Under the pieces are notes generated by a model. The model saw nothing but the letters and a program-made list of their open reading frames with translations, searched no databases and was not told where the DNA came from. A program made the translations under genes and the position numbers. Shown here piece after piece: positions 57,318-64,000 of a stretch of DNA of 64,000 nt. Each line of letters begins with the position of its first letter. Position 1 is the first letter of the stretch. Location: the IMG/VR virus record IMGVR_UViG_3300014208_000023, positions 224,001 to 288,000 of that record; one strand, 5' to 3'. This DNA comes from a virus (lineage: Duplodnaviria > Caudoviricetes).

Positions 57318-58281
57318 CAGTGAAAGCTGCTTGAAATCTCACATAATCATTATTATAATTTTTTATGATGGCGTCACCATTTCCTACTAATAGCTCTGCT
57401 CCGTTTTGGTCAAGAATAACTCTACTATCGGTCTTGCTAGAAACCTTGAATGCAATCCTTGCCGGCAGATTTGCTTTGATCACGCCCTTAATAACATCGA
57501 CAGATGGTCGTTGAGTGGCTACTATACAATAGATACCGGCCGCCCTGCATTTTTGCGTTAAGCAGCAGATCAGGTTATATAGCTTGTCGTCAGAGTCTTG
57601 CATAATTAAGTCTGCAAACTCGTCGATTATTAGAACGTAAGGCGGAAAGTCGGCTAGAGTATAATTATCTCCACGAAGCCATCCATATCTAAATTCCATT
57701 TCTGAAATTAAATATTCCAAGACATCACACGCAAGCTTATATGTATTGTATATTGAAATGTTTCTGAACTTTTTGGCGAATGGTAAAAACTCCATATCTT
57801 TTGTATCAACAACCAAAACGTTGGCGTAGGACATCAAAAGAAGATTGGCTATTATGGTATGAAGCATAACGCTTTTGCCGGCTCCGGTTGCCCCAGCGAT
57901 AAGCATATGTGGGTTTTTAGAGAAGTCGGCCCATATATCTTTGCCATCAATTGAGCTGCCTAAATACACTGGCAACTTATAATCTGACGGCGGAGATGAT
58001 TTCTTTAATTCAGTAAGAAGATCTAATTTGTGTGGCTTATCATCCATAACCTCGACTTGAACTATTCCTGTTTCAGTAATTGGTTTAAAAGTAAGCTTGC
58101 TTTTTGCATGTAGTGCTAGCGCCATTTCTTCCGAGAATTTCTGAAGAGATTGAATTCTCGTCCCAGGAGAAAGATTGAGGCCATATAGTGACATATTTCG
58201 CACCTTCGTATGCGAAACGCACTGCGCCTGAATCCTAAATGCCTTAAGGATATCGTTTAAGTTCTGTTCTTGTTCTGTCAT
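57286..58281 (-). CDS. ftsK: FtsK/SpoIIIE-like ATPase (alpha+beta motor only)
   Basis: PHMLIAGATGAGKS, LIIDEFADL, RAAGIYCIVATQRPS, DSRVILD..GAELL.G.GD; no TM or gamma domain. Confidence 0.85.
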   Translation of the reverse strand: MTEQEQNLNDILKAFRIQAQCVSHTKVRNMSLYGLNLSPGTRIQSLQKFSEEMALALHAKSKLTFKPITETGIVQVEVMDDKPHKLDLLTELKKSSPPSDYKLPVYLGSSIDGKDIWADFSKNPHMLIAGATGAGKSVMLHTIIANLLLMSYANVLVVDTKDMEFLPFAKKFRNISIYNTYKLACDVLEYLISEMEFRYGWLRGDNYTLADFPPYVLIIDEFADLIMQDSDDKLYNLICCLTQKCRAAGIYCIVATQRPSVDVIKGVIKANLPARIAFKVSSKTDSRVILDQNGAELLVGNGDAIIKNYNNDYVRFQAAFTDAKEVFNASN

Positions 58282-58288
58282 ACGTCAT

Positions 58289-58317
58289 AATATAAATCGT
58301 CTGCGGCATTTTGTCAA
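58289..58317 (-). promoter_or_regulatory. Sigma70 consensus promoter for ftsK-like gene (probably leaderless)
   Basis: TTGACA-N17-TATATT, then 7 nt to ATG 58281. Confidence 0.75.
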
Positions 58318-58330
58318 GTTGCCGCTATCG

Positions 58331-58720
58331 CTAATAATTTATACTGTTAGACAGAAGTATTTTCGATAACGAGCTTGGGTGATACTCCATAGCTATTTCG
58401 TCACCGACCTTCATTCCCATTCCATCGGACTTACCGAATGGCATTTCCAAAACCAAATCTGATAAATGATTGCCGCCAATAAGCTCGGTTGAGTTTGGTT
58501 TTCCGTGGCATATAGAAACTATCTTGTTTTTAAGGCAGAAAATTATGTCAAGAGGCTGTGGGGTTCTAGACATCCAAAATTTATTGATGCGTGGTTCAGT
58601 ATAAACGAATGCCATCGCTGGTGGTAAATTTTGCTCATACATAAGGCCTTTCTGCTGCTCATCAGCAGTTATTGCTAATACGGCAGGTATCTTATGATTT
58701 TTGTATTTCAAATAATCCAT
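58331..58720 (-). CDS. DUF192 family protein
   Basis: EQQKGLMY, MAFVY, FWM..T..PLDIIF, VLEM..G......VGD. Confidence 0.8.
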   Translation of the reverse strand: MDYLKYKNHKIPAVLAITADEQQKGLMYEQNLPPAMAFVYTEPRINKFWMSRTPQPLDIIFCLKNKIVSICHGKPNSTELIGGNHLSDLVLEMPFGKSDGMGMKVGDEIAMEYHPSSLSKILLSNSINY

Positions 58721-60246
58721 TATAAAATTCTTCTTTTCATATCTCTACGGAATTCGTTCTGAAGAACTGAATCCATAAACGGATTGGTATTTGGCTGCTT
58801 TTCTTTTCGTTTTTTGGAATACTCTTTAAAAGCATGTTGCCTATAAATTATATTGAGAACTCCAAGTCTATCTTGTATTTTTTTGGACTCGACCTCAATA
58901 TCTTTTATGGAGTCGTTTAAAAGACTGTCATCAATTTTCTTTTCTAAAGAATTCATCATTTTTTGAAGAATTTTTTTAATTGATTCGACGGAATCAGAAA
59001 TTTTTAATCTATGAATGGCCGTTTTATTTGAGCCTCTTAAGCCTATCCATTTCTTTTTTAAGAATCTAGTTATGAAATTGTGTGATAATTTGATTATCTC
59101 ATCTGAGCTAAATTCAGATCTTTTTAGAATCTCCTCTAGTTGATTCTTTTTTACATCATTCTTTTCATTATTTATGAGAGTAGAAAGAGCCATTTTAAGA
59201 GTATCATGATCCTGAATCATTTTGTCATATAGTTCTACCGCTAGGGCTAGATTTTTGCTCCGAGCCGCGGCGCTAAATTCTTTTACTATGCTGAGTAATT
59301 TTAGACACTCACTTTTTAGTGGCAATGAAGAGCTATGAATTACTCCGGTGTCATAATTAATGATTTTTACGGTTGCTTTTATTTCTTTAGGATCTGGCAA
59401 CTGCCTTACTGATTCTTGTTGTTTAGACGATGCTGGTTGAGATGCTGGTGAGTGATCTGGTCCAGGATTGTTTAGCATGTCATGAAGAAGCTCATTTCCC
59501 TTTGGTTTATTGGGCGCTCCACCTGGCTTTGCGCTGGTGTCTGGATCATCTTCAGATATTGAACTTTTAAATACCTGAAGATTGGCGTGAATTGATTGTA
59601 GCTCATATATTGATTCTGGAATTGATTCTATATCAAATGATAATATTGAGTTTTCTAAATCTAGAAAATTATCATACATCTCTGCCGCCGAACGTAATAG
59701 CCCAACTCTTCTTTTTAAATCCTTTTCCTTATTCCACGGATTAAGTGGTTTTAAGTATTGAATGGCTCTAGATGGGGCTGATGATGAATATTTCTCCAAA
59801 AAATCAGATTTTGACATTGCTACATTTGAAAGAAATGAATCAACTGCAGTATTTTTTTCTTGAGCACTTTCTGCTGGTTGATTTTGTTCTGGCTTTGCTT
59901 CTGGAATGCCTGATTTTGGCTGCTTTGGTAGCTGAGGCTTTTTCTCTTGCTTCTTGCGTCTATGTTGAGAATAAGCATTTTGTTCAGCTATAATAGACCC
60001 TGCCCCGCCAACCAGCGTTTGAAATTGGGAAGTTAGTGCTCCCAATAACGCGGATATTTCGCCGGGCAAAGGATCTTTTATATTTGATGGAGGTATGCCA
60101 AAACGCGAATCTCCACGGCCATTTAAGCCATTTTTAAGCCCCATAACATGCGCTACGAATTCCTTTTGAGCATCTTTCCATTCGCTTTTATGGTCTCGTA
60201 GGGCTTGCTGAGCAGGATCAGTAGATCTTTTTTTAGCTTTAGGCAT
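58720..60246 (-). CDS. Hypothetical protein, 508 aa (possible virion internal protein)
   Basis: Long ORF with Pro/Gln-rich linkers. Confidence 0.7.
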   Translation of the reverse strand: MPKAKKRSTDPAQQALRDHKSEWKDAQKEFVAHVMGLKNGLNGRGDSRFGIPPSNIKDPLPGEISALLGALTSQFQTLVGGAGSIIAEQNAYSQHRRKKQEKKPQLPKQPKSGIPEAKPEQNQPAESAQEKNTAVDSFLSNVAMSKSDFLEKYSSSAPSRAIQYLKPLNPWNKEKDLKRRVGLLRSAAEMYDNFLDLENSILSFDIESIPESIYELQSIHANLQVFKSSISEDDPDTSAKPGGAPNKPKGNELLHDMLNNPGPDHSPASQPASSKQQESVRQLPDPKEIKATVKIINYDTGVIHSSSLPLKSECLKLLSIVKEFSAAARSKNLALAVELYDKMIQDHDTLKMALSTLINNEKNDVKKNQLEEILKRSEFSSDEIIKLSHNFITRFLKKKWIGLRGSNKTAIHRLKISDSVESIKKILQKMMNSLEKKIDDSLLNDSIKDIEVESKKIQDRLGVLNIIYRQHAFKEYSKKRKEKQPNTNPFMDSVLQNEFRRDMKRRIL

Positions 60247-60273
60247 TCAGAAATATGCGAAAATAGTGGGATA

Positions 60274-60618
60274 CTATCTGGCCCTATTCTTTTTAAGTAT
60301 TTCTAGCTCTTCCGCGCAGCTAATACACGTATTAAATACTGGATTGAATAATAGTCTTTTTTCGGCAATATAATCACCACATGACTCACATTGACCAAAA
60401 TTAGCGCCAGTAGAAATCTTTTTAAGAGCGGCCTCTATTTTGACCAGTTTTTCTTGTTTTCTAGCAAGAATTTGAGCATCACTACGGGCAATTATTTTGG
60501 CCTGAATTTCGTCGGTCTCATCACCTTCAAAATCAATATCTGGCTGATGATTTTTAATGAAAATAACGATTTCTTCTTTTTGCTGCTCAAGAAGTGTTTT
60601 GAATTTATTTAGTGTCAT
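60274..60618 (-). CDS. dksA: DksA/TraR C4 zinc-finger transcription factor
   Basis: Coiled-coil tip GDETDE; IEAALKKI...FGQCESCGDYIAEKRL...CISC. Confidence 0.85.
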   Translation of the reverse strand: MTLNKFKTLLEQQKEEIVIFIKNHQPDIDFEGDETDEIQAKIIARSDAQILARKQEKLVKIEAALKKISTGANFGQCESCGDYIAEKRLLFNPVFNTCISCAEELEILKKNRAR

Positions 60619-60931
60619 CTTTTTCGCAAAGCTCCGTGCTTATTAGTTGTTTTAGTATATTTCGTGATATTGTAAATCGAAGAGAATTGTATGGTTTGGT
60701 TAGTTGCTCTACACCAGTTCTAACATTTTTGATTATTTTCGGCTTGAATGTCTTCAAAAGAATTTTGCCAAAATTAGGTATGATTACTTTCCTGGTATTA
60801 ACTATTTCTCGTTTAAGCTCATCAATTAAAATATTGACTACGGAAAATATATCAAAATATGATATGGAGCCCGGCATCTCCTTTTTAATTGACTTAACTA
60901 ATTCTTGTTTATTCATCTGATTCTGATTCAA
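60605..60931 (-). CDS. HU/IHF-like DNA-binding protein
   Basis: MNKQELVKSI, VIIPNFGKI, KNVRTG, LRFTISRNI. Confidence 0.75.
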   Translation of the reverse strand: MNQNQMNKQELVKSIKKEMPGSISYFDIFSVVNILIDELKREIVNTRKVIIPNFGKILLKTFKPKIIKNVRTGVEQLTKPYNSLRFTISRNILKQLISTELCEKDDTK

Positions 60932-61415
60932 ACTTCAAAAAATCAATTAAGCTTTTATATATTGCTTCGCCATCCGTATTTTTTGACCAAGTAACATAAA
61001 GCTCCATTAATGATTCTACAGCTACCAGAATTTTGGCCTGGAATAATGTAGAGGCCTCATGCCACTTGCCGTCTATTCCAAAGAATAACGAGCCGCTATC
61101 TTCTGGGTCTAAAGAGATTCTGGCGGCGTAGGGAGGAAATGAGTCAAGCTGTAAAAGCAGGGAATACTCTGGGACCTCCTCGGTTAAATCTGCTATGATG
61201 AATTGGACCCTAGATCCGTCATCTACCTTTGTTTCACCAGACCAAATGCTGTTGTCATATTTTTCACCATCAACTTCAAATGTAAGTTTCTGGTCTAATA
61301 AAAATTGGCTAGATACTGGACCTTCTCTTTTGCCAGACTCTACATCTTCTCTTGTAAGAAGACCAAACTTATTAAATATATGGTTTATAATTTCTTGTTT
61401 AAGTGATTCGTTCAT
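60909..61415 (-). CDS. Hypothetical acidic protein
   Basis: 168-aa ORF in operon. Confidence 0.65.
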   Translation of the reverse strand: MNESLKQEIINHIFNKFGLLTREDVESGKREGPVSSQFLLDQKLTFEVDGEKYDNSIWSGETKVDDGSRVQFIIADLTEEVPEYSLLLQLDSFPPYAARISLDPEDSGSLFFGIDGKWHEASTLFQAKILVAVESLMELYVTWSKNTDGEAIYKSLIDFLKFESESDE

Positions 61416-61419
61416 GGTT

Positions 61420-61716
61420 TTATATCCTGAATGTTTTTAATATTTTGTTTATGTCTATATTTATAGATGGCAAATCGTTAGTGAGTTCGGTTATTTTGTC
61501 TTCATAATTGAATTGATCTCCGCGCTCTCTTCTTGCTGCCAATTCTTCCATGGATAATATTGACTCTTTTTCCATTAATCCTAGATATCGATAACAAACT
61601 ATGATCTCGCATAATTTGTGATTTGTCATATCTGGCAAATTTTTCTTAAATTCCTCTTCATTGAATTGAAAGTCGCTTGAAGTATCTTGGAGTTGAAAGT
61701 TTTGGTTTAATGACAT
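61420..61716 (-). CDS. Hypothetical protein
   Basis: 98-aa ORF in operon. Confidence 0.6.
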   Translation of the reverse strand: MSLNQNFQLQDTSSDFQFNEEEFKKNLPDMTNHKLCEIIVCYRYLGLMEKESILSMEELAARRERGDQFNYEDKITELTNDLPSINIDINKILKTFRI

Positions 61717-61951
61717 TGTAATTTTCTCTCTTAAAACATATTAGGCTGAAATTATTTAATAGGCCAGAAATAGAAATGGTTTCGCCATTCATAAGTGATG
61801 AGCGTAAAACAATAAAAAAATACTTAATTATTAAGGCTACTTGCGCCTTTGTTAATTGTGGATACCGACCATGAACCCTCTCAAGGATGTCTTGCGAGTA
61901 TTTCAGAGAAACGGGGTATTCTTTATTGAATGTCTGGTAATCTTCGCGCAT
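61658..61951 (-). CDS. Second, divergent HU/IHF-like protein
   Basis: RYPQLTKAQVALIIKYFFIVLRSSLMNGETISISGL resembles the IHF-beta N-terminal half; probable start MREDY at 61951. Confidence 0.5.
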   Translation of the reverse strand: MREDYQTFNKEYPVSLKYSQDILERVHGRYPQLTKAQVALIIKYFFIVLRSSLMNGETISISGLLNNFSLICFKRENYNVIKPKLSTPRYFKRLSIQ

Positions 61952-61957
61952 TTTACT

Positions 61958-62458
61958 ATGGAACGTGTAGAAGAGCTCTGTTGCTATTATATCAGCCATT
62001 TAAGAAGTATTGCAATAGTTCATCAAAACCATCACTGGATAGCTAAAGGAAAGAGCTTTTACGGCAATCATCTTTTGTTTGAAAGAATATACAAATCCGC
62101 CCAGGAAGACGCGGACCTTATGGCAGAAAAATTCGTTGGAGTTTTTAATGCCGAATGTTTAGATTTGAATCTTCAATCAAAACTTATGTCCAAAATACTA
62201 GACGAGCATAGTTCTGGAGATCCAATTAAAACATCTCTAAAAATAGAGACCGAATTTCTTGCGTTCTGCCAAAAATTTTATGATATTCTAGACAAGCAAG
62301 AAAGCCTTACTCTTGGGCTAGACGATGCCATCATGTCGGTAAGCTCAAACCGAGAAGGCGCTGTCTATCTATTAAAGCAGGCTAGTGAAGAGTCTAATTT
62401 GACAATTAGCCCAATTGAGGCCAGAATAAGTCTTTTAAAGAAAATGCTTAAAAAGTAA
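61958..62458 (+). CDS. Dps/ferritin-like protein
   Basis: HQNHHWIAKGKSFYGNHLLFERIY...DADLMAEK matches the Dps ferroxidase pattern; start at ATG 61958. Confidence 0.75.
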   Translation: MERVEELCCYYISHLRSIAIVHQNHHWIAKGKSFYGNHLLFERIYKSAQEDADLMAEKFVGVFNAECLDLNLQSKLMSKILDEHSSGDPIKTSLKIETEFLAFCQKFYDILDKQESLTLGLDDAIMSVSSNREGAVYLLKQASEESNLTISPIEARISLLKKMLKK

Positions 62459-62747
62459 TTTTATCTCGTAAATCAAGAATATCCAACTGATCCTTTAGAG
62501 AGGCATAAACATCTATGTTCTCTTTTTTTGATAGATTAGCTATATTTATTAGCAATCTTCCTATTGCTTTTGATTTCATTTCGCTGATTAAGCCTCTATC
62601 TTTTGATGTGGCAGATACTTTATATATGTCCCTCAACTCTTCCAGGGTTGAGGAAATTTTTGCCAGCACTTCTTGACCTCCAAGATCATCAAATGAATTT
62701 GCTTTTTCTGCCTTATCCCAAAGATCCTCAAAATGAACTTTTGCCAT
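62448..62747 (-). CDS. MazG-like (all-alpha NTP pyrophosphatase fold) protein, degenerate
   Basis: LAKISSTLEEL...AIGRLLINIANLSKKENIDVYASL resembles ExGDLLF..VNLAR..GID. Confidence 0.4.
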   Translation of the reverse strand: MAKVHFEDLWDKAEKANSFDDLGGQEVLAKISSTLEELRDIYKVSATSKDRGLISEMKSKAIGRLLINIANLSKKENIDVYASLKDQLDILDLRDKITF

Positions 62748-62752
62748 ATTTC

Positions 62753-63619
62753 CTACTTTTTGTTATTTTCAGCAAACTCTTTTACGCATCGTTTTAGCTC
62801 TTCTTCTTGATTAAGAAATTCAAAACCCTCATTCATAATTTTAGAGCTATCTATTATACAATTTGATCTAGGAGCACTAACTAATCCGTTTAATTCATCT
62901 GGAGTAATACTATTAAAAGTATGCTCAGGAACATATTTCTTATACTCATTTAATATTTGGCTATGAGTAATCGGTTTTGGACTTGTAACGTGATATGTCC
63001 CAGTTGCCTCACTAGATACTGCCCAATCTACTGCTCTCGACAAGTCTTTCAAAAAAGTTACGGAGTTGGGTATTTCCACAATTTCTTTATAGCTAATTAG
63101 TTTTGATATGAGATTGCGAGGAGAGGCTTTATCACTAATAGGCATGCGAATGCGTAATGTCGTTACGTTTTTCATTGTTCCAAGAGCGAGATCGCAAGCA
63201 TATTTTGATTTAGAATAGGTAGATAGAGGCGCTGCTGCGTCATTTTCTACCCAACCAGAATCACGTCTTGCCTCATAAGAGTCATAATATCTTTTAAAGA
63301 AAACCGCATTTGGCGATTCTCCATAAAAAATACATCCAGACCCTATTTGAATTACTCGTATATCTCTGGCCGCACAAACTGAAGCTAGCATTATTGGAAG
63401 AATAGTATTAGTCTGAAATGTTCTAGACTTATTTATTTCGCATCCGTCTATATTTGCTCCACCACAATATCCAATACAATTAATTACTACATCTGGCTTA
63501 TAATCATCTAACCAATTTGCTATGTAATTATAGCTGGCCTCAATGCGGTCGTGTAATATTGGATAATTTAGATGGCTTGCTATAAAACCATTTCCAACTA
63601 TCACTTTTCTTATAGCCAT
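62753..63619 (-). CDS. NAD(P)-dependent epimerase/reductase, dTDP-4-dehydrorhamnose reductase (RmlD/NRS-ER)-like
   Basis: VGNGFIASHL, VVINCIG, IGSGCIF, YSKSK (YxxxK), LRIRMPI. Confidence 0.8.
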   Translation of the reverse strand: MAIRKVIVGNGFIASHLNYPILHDRIEASYNYIANWLDDYKPDVVINCIGYCGGANIDGCEINKSRTFQTNTILPIMLASVCAARDIRVIQIGSGCIFYGESPNAVFFKRYYDSYEARRDSGWVENDAAAPLSTYSKSKYACDLALGTMKNVTTLRIRMPISDKASPRNLISKLISYKEIVEIPNSVTFLKDLSRAVDWAVSSEATGTYHVTSPKPITHSQILNEYKKYVPEHTFNSITPDELNGLVSAPRSNCIIDSSKIMNEGFEFLNQEEELKRCVKEFAENNKK

Positions 63620-63885
63620 TATTTTCTCCTAAACATTTGATTATTCTTTTTCTTTTGTTTAAAGGCTATATCGTCCTTACAAACAATTTCTGCTGATTTA
63701 TAGGTGAAAAAGAACTCTTCTTCAGTTAATGGCCTTTTGTCTGGACCAATTGTAACGTTGTAGAAGTCACGCAATTCTTCTTGCCCTTTGACGCCTACCA
63801 ATAGATCTTCCTTAATCCATCCAAGTAGTATTTCGAAACTTCCTTCAAAAAATTCCTTTTCCATATGTATTGGTTCAAATAGCAT
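63619..63885 (-). CDS. Hypothetical protein
   Basis: 88-aa ORF coupled at both ends. Confidence 0.55.
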   Translation of the reverse strand: MLFEPIHMEKEFFEGSFEILLGWIKEDLLVGVKGQEELRDFYNVTIGPDKRPLTEEEFFFTYKSAEIVCKDDIAFKQKKKNNQMFRRK

Positions 63886-63999
63886 TTAAAACTCCACCGG
63901 CTCAGTTTTTATGAGATCTAATACTTTACCAATAGATTCTGGTGTTCCCATATCAGACCACCAGCCATTTTGAATATTATATTTTAAATCTCCGCATGT
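63886..63999 (-). CDS. C-terminal fragment of sugar-phosphate nucleotidyltransferase (RmlA-like), partial
   Basis: Hand translation ...NGWWSDMGTPESIGKV...* matches the G.W.D.GT.ES motif. Confidence 0.65.
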   Translation of the reverse strand, partial: TCGDLKYNIQNGWWSDMGTPESIGKVLDLIKTEPVEF

Positions 64000-64000
64000 A

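Noticed and set aside
1-64000. CRISPR array
   Set aside because: No run of equal-length direct repeats with unique spacers. The four junction repeats are ~1 kb or more apart and coding. The Cas4-like nuclease has no cas neighbours.
1-64000. Stop-codon reassignment (code 15 or 4) as in some huge phages
   Set aside because: Known genes (dnaE, topA, terL, sbcC) are full length in code 11, and TAA, TAG and TGA all serve as tightly coupled stops.
1-64000. Bacterial (CPR) chromosome or NCLDV origin
   Set aside because: Adjacent GpA-type terminase and portal, gp32-like SSB, dNMP kinase, homing endonucleases and a high fraction of unknown ORFs point to a tailed phage. No rRNA, ribosomal operon or NCLDV core genes were seen.

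Overview
This window looks like a gene-dense, AT-rich segment of a large tailed dsDNA phage (jumbo/huge-phage type) in standard genetic code, with almost all genes on the minus strand. It has five parts. (1) A head/packaging module at ~0.4-16.4 kb: GpA-type terminase, portal, a GH73-like muralytic protein, many unknown proteins rich in a hydrophobic-x-K-x-A motif, and a divergent class II nucleotidyltransferase fused to a Cys-His-Asp domain. (2) A plus-strand cassette at 17.9-25.3 kb: a fibre-like gene plus five tandem paralogous ~335-aa genes, where four gene junctions carry a conserved GGAG+hairpin element. (3) A bacterial-style replication/recombination set: DnaE, split DnaG, gp32-like SSB, RecA, RuvC-like resolvase, SbcCD, TopA, dNMP kinase and an FtsK motor. 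(4) Host take-over genes: trigger factor, DnaJ, peptide deformylase-SEC-C, bS21, DksA/TraR, two HU/IHF-like proteins, a Dps-like protein and an MT-A70 methyltransferase. (5) The start of a nucleotide-sugar module at the right edge. All calls come from motif recognition by eye; no database searches were run. Top candidates for new biology are the KxA-punctuated nucleotidyltransferase/Cys-His-Asp polyprotein in the head module, the structure-assisted ribosome-binding sites in the paralog array, the split primase, and a possibly split sigma factor with a recurrent TGATATA promoter.
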